Shown piece by piece: positions 1 to 8,715 of a stretch of DNA of 60,992 bases. The DNA comes from a virus. Its lineage: Duplodnaviria; Caudoviricetes. Numbering within the stretch: the stretch's first letter is position 1; every line of letters begins with the position of its first letter. The position numbers and the translations under genes are program-made. The notes beneath the pieces were generated by a model. The model did no database searches. It worked only from the letters and a program-made list of their open reading frames with translations, and had not been told where the DNA came from. The stretch is taken from the IMG/VR virus record IMGVR_UViG_3300022602_000006, positions 1 through 60,992 of that record. One strand, given 5' to 3'.

Positions 1-102
1 TGAGTGTATTGATTTTCACCGCAGTTCTTAAATGGTGGAACATCACTCCATTCGGATTTGCCTTGATTGTAATTAAGATTAACGTCGTAGAAGACTTTTT
101 GA
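1..102. repeat. Terminal direct repeat (circular assembly overlap), copy 1
   Basis: Identical to 60891-60992. Confidence 0.97.
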
Positions 103-161
103 TCACAAACATCACAAAGTCTATAATAAACATCACAAAGTCTATAATCTGCTGCTGCCAT
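1..161 (-). CDS. 5' part of junction-spanning CxxC...CxxC hypothetical protein (MAAADYRLCDVYYRLCDVCDQKVFYD...)
   Basis: Manually translated; ATG at 161, frame stays open across the circular join to TGA at 60743. Confidence 0.8.
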   Translation of the reverse strand, partial: MAAADYRLCDVYYRLCDVCDQKVFYDVNLNYNQGKSEWSDVPPFKNCGENQYT

Positions 162-187
162 ATCATTTATCCCTCATAGCAAGCTCT

Positions 188-343
188 TTAATTAGATTGT
201 TCATACCTCATCCACGCCTCACGCTCATGGGCAGCAACAAGGGCGGCGAACTTTTCCATCTGGCGACTGCCCACATACCAATGATATTTATCATCCCAAC
301 CAAACCCAGCTTGTTCAGCAAGTTCTTTAATTAGATTGTTCAT
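188..343 (-). CDS. Small hypothetical protein, 51 aa (MNNLIKELAEQAG...FAALVAAHEREA)
   Basis: Manually translated; ATGA overlap with upstream ORF, GAGG RBS. Confidence 0.7.
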   Translation of the reverse strand: MNNLIKELAEQAGFGWDDKYHWYVGSRQMEKFAALVAAHEREAWMRYEQSN

Positions 344-561
344 ACCTCATTCTCCCGTGCGCGGATGATTTCTTTCAATCGTTCGATCTCAGCCGCGTGA
401 TAGCGATTGTTCTCGCGCCACGCTTCAAGATCCGTTGCGTATCGTTCGCGCAACTGATCAATCGTGCGGCGCATCTCTTCAAGTTCTTTGATTGAGATAA
501 GCACGTCGGTCATAGCGCCCCCTTGATCCCTGCGGACATCGACTGTGACTTCTCTAGCCAA
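340..561 (-). CDS. Small coiled-coil hypothetical protein (likely start 513)
   Basis: ORF track; tight packing with neighbours. Confidence 0.6.
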   Translation of the reverse strand: MAREVTVDVRRDQGGAMTDVLISIKELEEMRRTIDQLRERYATDLEAWRENNRYHAAEIERLKEIIRARENEV

Positions 562-752
562 TCAATACGATCCATCAAACGAATAATTAATTCGTTCTGT
601 CGCTCAATCATGTCTCGTTGTGACTTGAGCAGATCATCTGCTATGCCAAAGATAGACTCGCCAGCCAGCATTTTGAAATCTGCTTCGTTCATTTTGTCCA
701 CCATGATATGAAACAGTAAACCTCTATGAACAGCATCAATAGTAGGATCCAT
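510..752 (-). CDS. Hypothetical protein
   Basis: ORF track; co-oriented early cluster. Confidence 0.6.
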   Translation of the reverse strand: MDPTIDAVHRGLLFHIMVDKMNEADFKMLAGESIFGIADDLLKSQRDMIERQNELIIRLMDRIDWLEKSQSMSAGIKGAL

Positions 753-789
753 AGCAACGGGCGATATGCTTCAAACGGATGCCTGTCCA

Positions 790-1170
790 TTACTTATTTC
801 CATCTTTAGCCATTCGTGCCGCTTGCTTCTGAATCAGCCAGTTCAGCTTGTCTATCGCACCAGCTTTTTCGTAGGACTCGGTAGCCAGCTTGCTGTTATC
901 AGCCCTAAGCCTGATGATCTCCGCTTCAAGCAGAGAGACCTTTGTTCGCAATTCTTCTGCTTCACGTTTGTAGACGCGCTGATTCATGAGCGCGAGTGTG
1001 GCGATTTCAAATGCCGTCGAATCAGTAACTTGATTGTTCATTGTAGTAACCTCCGTAACTGTATTTGCGATGGATGACTGTCCGGAAACAATCTCTTCCA
1101 CGTCGATGTATCCGAAGACACGTTTCAAGTGGCTTCCTAAATCTGAGTAACCTTCTATCTGGGTTTTCAT
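790..1170 (-). CDS. Hypothetical coiled-coil protein
   Basis: ORF track; heptad-like C-terminal half. Confidence 0.65.
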   Translation of the reverse strand: MKTQIEGYSDLGSHLKRVFGYIDVEEIVSGQSSIANTVTEVTTMNNQVTDSTAFEIATLALMNQRVYKREAEELRTKVSLLEAEIIRLRADNSKLATESYEKAGAIDKLNWLIQKQAARMAKDGNK

Positions 1171-1304
1171 TTCTTACCCCACACTGGTGGTAATACTCTC
1201 CAAGGATGGGGGTGTTTATGCACTCCCTTTTTCTTGGCTTTCTTAGAAACGTCCGATGGCGAATTTGACCGCTTGGTTTCTGATGCGTCGCTTTTTGATT
1301 GCAT
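1167..1304 (-). CDS. Small basic protein, 45 aa, with HPWR motif
   Basis: Manually translated MQSKSD...KHPHPWRVLPPVWGKK; GGAG RBS; ATGA overlap with next gene. Confidence 0.5.
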   Translation of the reverse strand: MQSKSDASETKRSNSPSDVSKKAKKKGVHKHPHPWRVLPPVWGKK

Positions 1305-1410
1305 GGGTGAACTCCATTATCCAAACAATCGCATACGCTATCATAGCCACCGAACACGTAATCGTAGAGATTACAACCATCCAAAACATTGTGTCGTAAG
1401 CACTTATCAT
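1243..1410 (-). CDS. Small membrane protein, 55 aa
   Basis: Manually translated MISAYDTMFWMVVISTITCSVAMIAYAIVWIM...KKRR; one TM helix then basic residues; ATGA overlap with VRR-NUC. Confidence 0.55.
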   Translation of the reverse strand: MISAYDTMFWMVVISTITCSVAMIAYAIVWIMEFTHAIKKRRIRNQAVKFAIGRF

Positions 1411-1697
1411 TTGAACATCTCCTTTATCCGTTGCGTGACATCAGTCACGTTGATTTCATCAACTACGAATGCGTAGCCACCGCTCTGTTCAATCCTGTCG
1501 AGATTGTCTTGCTGAAGCGCAGTGACACGATTGCCATTAGCCTTGCACTCTATACCAATAAACCTTCCCCTTACGCAAGCAATAAAATCTGGCGCACCAG
1601 AATTTCCGAAGCCAGTTCCAATGGGCATGACGTAATAAGCATCAACAGATTTAAGGAACTCTTTCACTTTCTTTTTTACTTTTGCTTCCGGTGTCAT
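1407..1697 (-). CDS. VRR-NUC domain nuclease (putative Holliday junction resolvase)
   Basis: PE.KVK, GAPDFI, FIGIECK, T.LQ motifs. Confidence 0.9.
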   Translation of the reverse strand: MTPEAKVKKKVKEFLKSVDAYYVMPIGTGFGNSGAPDFIACVRGRFIGIECKANGNRVTALQQDNLDRIEQSGGYAFVVDEINVTDVTQRIKEMFK

Positions 1698-1974
1698 TGA
1701 ACATCTCCATAAGTTTGTCTGGGTAATCCTTGGCTACTCTCACGTAATAAATTTTCTCATCAAACGACATGCGGCCTACTGGCTCGTATTCAAACGAATC
1801 AGTCACATGCTTACCACTCGCCTTGATCAAAGCAATTTTGGTTTTTAGTTCGTCAGGCAAATTATCCAGCTTGTAAAACAATCTCAAGTTACCGTGGTTA
1901 TGCGGCATGACGATGCTGTATTCGTTTTCGTTTATTACATGGATAACAAGTATATGGCTTGTGTCGTCTATCAT
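1651..1974 (-). CDS. Hypothetical protein
   Basis: ORF track. Confidence 0.6.
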   Translation of the reverse strand: MIDDTSHILVIHVINENEYSIVMPHNHGNLRLFYKLDNLPDELKTKIALIKASGKHVTDSFEYEPVGRMSFDEKIYYVRVAKDYPDKLMEMFNDTGSKSKKESERVP

Positions 1975-2017
1975 TTTTTATCCTCAAAGCATTTCCAGTA
2001 TTCTTTGAAAGCCATGA

Positions 2018-3094
2018 TTACTTCCTATCAAACAAGTACCAGCTATACCCTTCCGATGTTGTGCGTTTAAACACACACGCATTGATCTCATAGAATGGTA
2101 CATACGTATTCCATGAATCTTCTAGAACTGGAATGATGCTCTTGGTATCTTTGTATCGGATCTTAGGATTTGCACCGATTGCATACTTGTTGAACGTCAT
2201 GGTTGCCTGTAGCGAATCTTTGATATCGGAACTTACATGATCTATAGACTTGTATCTACGCATCAGATACTCGGTGGTCATTCCTGAAAAATTATAGTCT
2301 TGGCCAGTGTCCATACATTTCTTCAGTTCGCTAATCATCTTTGAAGTGTTGATACTACCTACCAGTACCTGTTGGCCTTCGCCGGGGAAACCCACCAGCC
2401 ACTTCTCGCGTCCAAAGATTCTCTCGGTCTGCTCCAGATACCTTTGTTGTTTCTCCATGTTCTCTAAGTAGTCTTGATACACGGCTTCGATACGTCCCTT
2501 CACTTCAGTGGGAATATCCTCTTTGGTAATCGCCCCCATCGTCAGCTTGGTTGTGTACTCAATCGTTCCGCTGTTGGATGTCCACATGTATTTGTGATGT
2601 AAACTGTCGAATTCCGTTTGAGTATTTATATAGTTATAAAACAAGTTGTGAACAATCTTAGAAATTGTCAGCCAGCCTCTAGCTTTGACCCATTGCAGTG
2701 AGCTGCCATCTTCATTAGTAATACTGCTCTCCTGCATGTTCTTCTTGATTCTGGATAGCGCATAGCGAATGTTGTTGGTGTCAAACAGTAGATACGGCTC
2801 GGTATCACAGTCAGCATTGGATTTAACATAGACTTTGATCTTTGTCTCTTCACCATCTTGATACTGAACAACTTGAACGCCATTGAAGCCCTGATGATCA
2901 ATCATGTCAAAAGACTTCGGGACGTTATTTATGTCACGCGCAAATATCCTTGATACATACAGTCCTACCTCATGGTTAAACGTCAGTACCATGGGCCACA
3001 TCCAAGACTTCTTAAATAACAACTGATCTTCTTCATTGATCATGTTCGGGTAAAACGGTGCAGTACTCTTCGGGTCTAACATAGCTTCTTCCAT
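2018..3094 (-). CDS. Hypothetical protein, 358 aa
   Basis: Long ORF with GGAGG RBS. Confidence 0.8.
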   Translation of the reverse strand: MEEAMLDPKSTAPFYPNMINEEDQLLFKKSWMWPMVLTFNHEVGLYVSRIFARDINNVPKSFDMIDHQGFNGVQVVQYQDGEETKIKVYVKSNADCDTEPYLLFDTNNIRYALSRIKKNMQESSITNEDGSSLQWVKARGWLTISKIVHNLFYNYINTQTEFDSLHHKYMWTSNSGTIEYTTKLTMGAITKEDIPTEVKGRIEAVYQDYLENMEKQQRYLEQTERIFGREKWLVGFPGEGQQVLVGSINTSKMISELKKCMDTGQDYNFSGMTTEYLMRRYKSIDHVSSDIKDSLQATMTFNKYAIGANPKIRYKDTKSIIPVLEDSWNTYVPFYEINACVFKRTTSEGYSWYLFDRK

Positions 3095-3104
3095 AACAGC
3101 CTCC

Positions 3105-4442
3105 TTACGACTTGACTTTCACGCGCCGACCTTTCGGTGGTATAAACGATTCATTCTCCAGCACCAACCACACGGTGGGAATATATGTATGCCACGTGAT
3201 GTTGTGTTCCAAGTAACCGTCAGTAATGACCACGACACACTCGGGCTTGATGTTGTTACTCACAAGATACTCAGGCACACACGCTGCGCGAGTACCCCCG
3301 CCACCACGTGGCTTGAGCATATCTTTCATTGACTCATAGTCACCTTCAAAGATCTGTTCCGCACAGACTGTTGTATCCCAGAACAACACGCGAACCTTGT
3401 CCGGCTTCAACGTGATGCACGCATTGACCACGGCAGCACACGCGATATCAAATAGTTTGCCGTGCATCGACCCGCTTGCGTCAATCGCCAATACCAGTTC
3501 CGTCAACGTCTCGTTGTGCTTCGACGGCAAATAGTCTCCAATAGACAGACGACGCATGTCGTATCTACGCCACGAACTCTCTTCGTTGCCTCGCATGGAT
3601 GATGTAAAGAACTCCATTAGTTCTTCACGCCAATCTGTCTCTGGTTCAACCGCTTGCTGGATCGCTCGTGGCAAGTCCATACCAAGCGCACCCGCCAGTG
3701 TCGTGGCTTGATGGATCGCCTCGTCAATCTCCTTGGTAAGATCTTCTATCTGTTCCTTGGTCATGTCAGCAGCGTGGTCAACATCATGTTCATCCATTGA
3801 TGTTACATCGTACTCATCACCGTCTACTTCTACAGAGCCGGGTTGATTACCTTCGTTACCCTCGTCACTCACTTGTTCATCTGGAGTACCTTGACTAGGT
3901 TCAGTAGGCAGACCATTGTCCTGACTCTTGCCGTCTGTAGGATTACTCGGCGGCGGTGGCGGCTTCGGATTGTTCCGTCCTTTCTTCAAGAAGTTATATA
4001 CATCACGCACCGCCCAGTCATGGAACTTGGGATCGAACAACGGCTTCGGATCTTTGGGCAAGTCGATCCAGTCACCATAGCCCTTGACCTTGGTGATGAT
4101 CGCATTGACCACGTAGTCCATCGCCGCGTTGGCAAGCTGTGCATCTTCTTCAAACAAGTCTTCGTGACGCATGATGTGCTTCAGCAGCACATGCAGGTTC
4201 TCGTGCAACACCACACCAATCATTTGTGGTTGAGTCAGCGTGGACATGAACTTACGACCGTAATACTTGTCACGCCCATTGGTGTATGCCGTGGGATGAT
4301 CGTCTACGATCTTAGACTCACCCAACAACACGGTACTCGCAAAGAACCTTGTCTCTGGATTGGTGATCAAGACAATGTGTGCCTTGGTCAGCCTTCGCTC
4401 CAGAGTCTCGGTGTCCTCCATTAGATCAAACACTGCGCTCAT
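3105..4442 (-). CDS. Metallopeptidase-like + VWA domain protein (DUF2201-like)
   Basis: HENLH (HExxH), acidic linker, MIDAS DASGS, GGGT, ITDG. Confidence 0.88.
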   Translation of the reverse strand: MSAVFDLMEDTETLERRLTKAHIVLITNPETRFFASTVLLGESKIVDDHPTAYTNGRDKYYGRKFMSTLTQPQMIGVVLHENLHVLLKHIMRHEDLFEEDAQLANAAMDYVVNAIITKVKGYGDWIDLPKDPKPLFDPKFHDWAVRDVYNFLKKGRNNPKPPPPPSNPTDGKSQDNGLPTEPSQGTPDEQVSDEGNEGNQPGSVEVDGDEYDVTSMDEHDVDHAADMTKEQIEDLTKEIDEAIHQATTLAGALGMDLPRAIQQAVEPETDWREELMEFFTSSMRGNEESSWRRYDMRRLSIGDYLPSKHNETLTELVLAIDASGSMHGKLFDIACAAVVNACITLKPDKVRVLFWDTTVCAEQIFEGDYESMKDMLKPRGGGGTRAACVPEYLVSNNIKPECVVVITDGYLEHNITWHTYIPTVWLVLENESFIPPKGRRVKVKS

Positions 4443-4452
4443 GTGAACCTCC

Positions 4453-5580
4453 TTAGATTAATAGCTCGTAGTTCTTGTTGCTCACCATCCATGACTGTAC
4501 GTCTGGGTTGCCATTGGCAAGCATCTTAGTCTTGTCGTTCTTCGCTACCATCGTGAAGAACAGTGACTGTAGTTCAGCGTGTCTGCACCGCTTGATGTAA
4601 CGGATGAACCTGCTGAGTTGATCTTGCGTCTCTATGCTGTTAACACCATTGACAACGATCTGCACGATGGCTGCTGTCTTCTCAGGCATGGATAAGTTAT
4701 CTGGGTCTGCGATGATGTCATCGAACTTGTGTAGGTCAGCACTCAGCGACAGATACGACATGATCGAATCACCCGCAGCCTGACCGACCGTACCGCACAG
4801 CGCCGCTCGCGTAAGATTCTCACCAGCGATGTGTCGGTTACGTACAGCCGACGTGCACTTCGCCCATGACCGTGGAGACAGGAACGGCTGCACGGGTTTG
4901 TTCGGGTTGAATATATACGGATTGGTATTTAGTTCCTCAGTCGTGCAAGTCATATACGATGCGAACGCCTTCGGGTTCATGATCGCCCAACCGATCAGCA
5001 GAGGGTCAACGCCATTGTTGCCACCCCACACCGCGCACTGCTTGTGGTTCGGCTTCATCACCTTGTAGTACTGCTCACGATTCACGTCATGCGCTTGCGT
5101 GTTGTCGCCCACACCATCCGACGCATTGTTACTCGTACAGAACACAACCGACCCATCAGGCAAACGGTTGTCACCGACGTAACGCTCCAGCTTCAACCGC
5201 GAGAAGATCAACTGCAAGATCTTCGGAGCCTTGCGGATCTCGTCGAGCATGATGACCTTCGGTCGCGGGTCGTTGATCTTGAACACTTCATTGACATAGC
5301 CTTCAATGGTCTTGTGTTCATGAACAGGCACGCCCATCATCACGTCGGGCAAGTCACGCGATGAACAGTCAAAGTAAACGTAGACATACTTGTCATCAGG
5401 GAAGTAGTCGCCGGGACGACGCCACTTGTCTCCGTTGTTGATGGCAGTCTGTCTGAGCACAGTCGTCTTGCCGACTCCCGGCTCGGATATAAATGTCGGG
5501 GTGATGTCAACACCGTAGAGCATCACGGCAGCGCTCGCCTCGGTCAGCGAGATCATCGGGTAAGTATTTATCTGAGACAT
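4453..5580 (-). CDS. MoxR-like AAA+ ATPase
   Basis: Walker A SEPGVGKT, Walker B IMLDE, TSN sensor, SPRSW. Confidence 0.88.
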   Translation of the reverse strand: MSQINTYPMISLTEASAAVMLYGVDITPTFISEPGVGKTTVLRQTAINNGDKWRRPGDYFPDDKYVYVYFDCSSRDLPDVMMGVPVHEHKTIEGYVNEVFKINDPRPKVIMLDEIRKAPKILQLIFSRLKLERYVGDNRLPDGSVVFCTSNNASDGVGDNTQAHDVNREQYYKVMKPNHKQCAVWGGNNGVDPLLIGWAIMNPKAFASYMTCTTEELNTNPYIFNPNKPVQPFLSPRSWAKCTSAVRNRHIAGENLTRAALCGTVGQAAGDSIMSYLSLSADLHKFDDIIADPDNLSMPEKTAAIVQIVVNGVNSIETQDQLSRFIRYIKRCRHAELQSLFFTMVAKNDKTKMLANGNPDVQSWMVSNKNYELLI

Positions 5581-5599
5581 AGAACCTCCTAGTTGTTAA

Positions 5600-6502
5600 T
5601 CAAACCATTCCAAACTTAGACAGGATGTCATCGACTTCTGTCTTGACTTGGGTTCGCATTGAGTCTGACTGCTTCAACGCTTCAATGTTTACGCCACGCA
5701 ACACACTCTGTAGTGATGCCCGCGCAGCCTCCAGCTTGCCGTCGTTCATGATGTTGAAGTCCTTGAACGTATCGCACAACTCCAACGCACGTTCGATAGT
5801 CGAGTCATACAGCTTGCGCCGCACCACCTTCACGCCCTTCTCTGGGTCGATCACCGTCTCGACTTCGCAACACTTGGATATGCGCTGCATGAGATCGACA
5901 AGCTGTTCTACTTGTTTGTTGGCGATGTCCTGCGCCCACCGTTGAGCTTGCTGTGTGTAGTGCTTCTGAAGATCATCTGCAAGATCATTAGCCAGCTTGT
6001 TACGGAAGTCACCCACCGGTACTTCGTTCGTGAACAACGTCACGCCATACTTGCTCCGCACCTCTTCGTCCGTCGGATAGTCCTCGCGCTTGAACGCGTC
6101 ACCCAACGTAAACGCCATGTTAGATATGGCTGTGGGCAGCGCCGCGATCAGGTCGTCCACCAGCTTCTCCGTGTGTTGTTTGCGTGACGCGTAGTCACGC
6201 ATGAACTGCGGTATGCGAGGGTTCGGCAGATACCGCCACGCACCAGCCCACGGGAATGTCTCGCGCTGGATCCAGTTGTACCAAGCCGCCCGGTCACGCA
6301 AACAATCCTTATGCTCCTTCACGTCAGCCAAAAGATTCTTGACGAACCGACCCGCGTTGCGGTCTGCCTTCTTGGCAATGTTGACCTCATCGGAGATCTC
6401 TTCGTCTTGTTTCGTGGCAGACCAGCTTTTGACTTCGATGTGCACAAGTATCCCTGACGTTGCCAAGGACGTGATGACTTCGGGTTTATTCAGATCAATC
6501 AT
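5600..6502 (-). CDS. Conserved phage protein (DUF3150-like), partner of the AAA/VWA pair
   Basis: Start refined to ATG 6502 with GGAGG RBS; TFPW, DYP...KY motifs. Confidence 0.65.
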   Translation of the reverse strand: MIDLNKPEVITSLATSGILVHIEVKSWSATKQDEEISDEVNIAKKADRNAGRFVKNLLADVKEHKDCLRDRAAWYNWIQRETFPWAGAWRYLPNPRIPQFMRDYASRKQHTEKLVDDLIAALPTAISNMAFTLGDAFKREDYPTDEEVRSKYGVTLFTNEVPVGDFRNKLANDLADDLQKHYTQQAQRWAQDIANKQVEQLVDLMQRISKCCEVETVIDPEKGVKVVRRKLYDSTIERALELCDTFKDFNIMNDGKLEAARASLQSVLRGVNIEALKQSDSMRTQVKTEVDDILSKFGMV

Positions 6503-6539
6503 TGTTGTTTCCTCCAGTTGATTTCCCACTTGAGAGTAT

Positions 6540-6568
6540 ATTATAGCATACCTTTACATATGTATCCA
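6540..6568 (-). promoter_or_regulatory. Sigma70-type early promoter (TGGATA-17-TATAAT, extended -10)
   Basis: TG-C-TATAAT; near-identical copy at 7533-7561. Confidence 0.75.
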
Positions 6569-6811
6569 TCAACGAGCGCCAGTCCATTCGCTATCTGCAT
6601 ACGGATCGGGATCGTCCTCGGCGCGGAAATAGTCCTCGCACAAGTCAGTCACGTGGCTGAGTGTGCACATCAGATCGTCATAGTCTTCTGTGACGCTCGT
6701 CACAGCCTGATAGATACGATCAATAAGAATAGTTTCTTTTGATCTTCGGACAACTGTGTACGTGTCTAGAAAATCAATCTGTTCAACGATTTGCGATTTG
6801 TAATAGCCCAT
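6569..6811 (-). CDS. Hypothetical acidic protein
   Basis: Start refined to ATG 6811 after GGAGG. Confidence 0.6.
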   Translation of the reverse strand: MGYYKSQIVEQIDFLDTYTVVRRSKETILIDRIYQAVTSVTEDYDDLMCTLSHVTDLCEDYFRAEDDPDPYADSEWTGAR

Positions 6812-6812
6812 G

Positions 6813-7022
6813 TCACACCTCCAAGACGTAGTTGCGTGCCACGTCAATGTCCATCAACGGCTTGAACCGTGTAATGAACAGCGCGTCAGGATCGTCGCCC
6901 CATGCCTTGAGCAGCGCGTCACGTCGCTGAGACATCTCATGCGGCACGTAGCCGTCGCACAGGTATCCGCACAGGCGTAGGTAGTTCTCAAATTGCCGGT
7001 CAGTCAAACTCTCGTAAGTCAT
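6813..7022 (-). CDS. Hypothetical protein
   Basis: AGGAGG RBS. Confidence 0.65.
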   Translation of the reverse strand: MTYESLTDRQFENYLRLCGYLCDGYVPHEMSQRRDALLKAWGDDPDALFITRFKPLMDIDVARNYVLEV

Positions 7023-7023
7023 G

Positions 7024-7230
7024 TCAGCCTCCTAAGCCCCGTCCGGGGCGTGTCAGTTGTGCAAGTAAACTCAGATCAGTCACCACCACATAGTTCGACT
7101 TGTGCATCGGCACGATGGTGTGGCGGAGTGACACAGCGTCACGCTCGCCACATGGCATACACGTTGTATAGCCCAAGTCGAGCCTACCGAGAGAAATATG
7201 ATCCCCGCAGTATCGGCAGGTGGTGGTCAT
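7024..7230 (-). CDS. C4 zinc-finger protein (DksA/TraR-like finger)
   Basis: CRYC...RL.LGYTTCMPC. Confidence 0.65.
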   Translation of the reverse strand: MTTTCRYCGDHISLGRLDLGYTTCMPCGERDAVSLRHTIVPMHKSNYVVVTDLSLLAQLTRPGRGLGG

Positions 7231-7439
7231 CAGTTGTTGTCCGGGTCGGTTAACGTCATCAACGAAAGGCGCATCTCACGATGCACCTTGGGGCGCACGT
7301 AGTGCCGCTTGGGCTTGGCGTAGTCCATCGTGTGACGGTCGTCACGCTGAGTGCGGTATACGATTGTGGGCGATTGCAGAGTGTTGCTCTCCATCTGCAT
7401 GGCTTTGTAGAACGCTTCGCATCTGGCCTTGTAGTCCAT
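7230..7439 (-). CDS. Hypothetical protein, first gene after early promoter
   Basis: Start refined to ATG 7439 after GGAGG. Confidence 0.55.
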   Translation of the reverse strand: MDYKARCEAFYKAMQMESNTLQSPTIVYRTQRDDRHTMDYAKPKRHYVRPKVHREMRLSLMTLTDPDNN

Positions 7440-7532
7440 AGAACCTCCGAGTTGTGGCGTTACGGGCTGTAACGCTAAATTGTGTCGAACCATATAAACC
7501 ATTCAACCTACATCTTCCCTCATCTAAGAGAT

Positions 7533-7561
7533 ATTATAGCATATCTTTACATATGAATCCA
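7533..7561 (-). promoter_or_regulatory. Sigma70-type early promoter (TGGATT-17-TATAAT, extended -10)
   Basis: Near-identical to 6540-6568. Confidence 0.75.
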
Positions 7562-7579
7562 GCACTTGATTAGGGGTCA

Positions 7580-8005
7580 GTTCCAGTTTTGTTCCACGTG
7601 TTCCAGCTTGTTCCAAGAAAAAAATGGGTTTTGGAACACGGGTACGTCACTAAATGTGGACGTTAAAAATACGTCCAATTTGGGAGGGAAGCATTGATTT
7701 TTAAGGAGTTATTATTATTATTTTTTAAATAATATATATATATATAGGAGAGTTATACGGATTTGTTCCAATGTTCCACTTTTTTAGAAAATAGAGGGTC
7801 GGTTTCCCCAGACCACTTTTGCTTACCTGACCCCTGCCGTCCCCTTTTCCCTCTCCCCGTTTTTACTCCGTAGGGGGGGTATTCTTGTAATTCCACTTGG
7901 AACAATGGAACAAATGACTTAACCATATGATTCTATTAAGAAAATCCTGTTCCAAGCGCAAAAATTTCTTGGAACAAATGGAACTTGGCTGGAACAAATT
8001 GGAAC
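7580..8005. repeat. Symmetric GTTCCA/TGGAAC iteron array with AT-rich tract; putative replication origin
   Basis: 7 forward and 7 reverse hexamers; AT-only run near 7709-7746; located at the strand switch. Confidence 0.65.
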
Positions 8006-8514
8006 AAAACCGCGTTACACGTCGTAACGCACTTGTTTAGAGCCGTTTTCGTGCCGATACCCAACATGGTTTAAACTAACAAAATATGATGAGGGGTTAT
8101 CAGAATCTGTCAGTTTAAATGACGTTACGGGGCGTAACGATGCCCACACCCAACACCATTTAAACTCGCGCGATATGACGTGGGTTCTTCAGAATCGGCC
8201 AGTTTAAACGATGTTGCGCGATGCACGGTGCCCACAGGGACTCCACGCAAACAATTCAGCGTTACGCGCGTAACGCTACGATGCTCGCACCCGCCCGAAG
8301 CCAGTTCCCGAGCGAGGCTTTGCGAGCGAGGGAACGCGGCTGAGCGCAGCGAAGACGCGGGGGAGCGCGAGGGGGCGAAGCCCTCTCGCCTCCGGATGCA
8401 GTCGTGAGGCTTTGCGAACTCCTTTTGTTCTTGGTCTTGTGAGTGCATCTTTATGGCGCGAGCTTGCCGAGCGCTTCCTGCACGAACATAACAATCGCGT
8501 AGCACATTTCCTTA

Positions 8515-8590
8515 TGAAGGCTAGGTCGCCAGACCTAGCCGAATCTTTCTTGTGAAGGCCAGTTCGTCAGACCTGGCCTGATCTTTCTTA
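8515..8590 (+). repeat. Tandem 38-bp units each forming a hairpin
   Basis: GGCTAGGTC-GCCA-GACCTAGCC and GGCCAGTTC-GTCA-GACCTGGCC, each followed by ATCTTTCTT. Confidence 0.85.
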
Positions 8591-8593
8591 CTT

Positions 8594-8622
8594 AAAAATT
8601 TTTTGCGAAGCAAAAAATTTTT
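8594..8622. other. Perfect 13-bp hairpin with GCGAAGC mini-loop
   Basis: AAAAATTTTTTGC-GAA-GCAAAAAATTTTT. Confidence 0.85.
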
Positions 8623-8715
8623 TTTCCGAACGGTAAAAAAGTTTTAACTATTCAATCGTGTAAACGTGTATAGTTGATGAGCGGGGCAATTTCGCTTCGC
8701 TTATTTGGAGGCTAT

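Noticed and set aside
1022-1384. 120-aa ORF in the track
   Set aside because: Two shorter ORFs in other frames (1243-1410, 1167-1304) fit the ATGA couplings and RBS better
8125-8505. ORFs across the hairpin field
   Set aside because: No RBS; Arg/Ser/Ala-rich translations typical of GC-rich palindromic non-coding DNA
7580-8590. Possible CRISPR or mini-array
   Set aside because: Repeats are 6-7 bp or only two adjacent units, with no unique 25-40 bp spacers and no cas genes; the Cas4-like nuclease is an ordinary replication-module exonuclease
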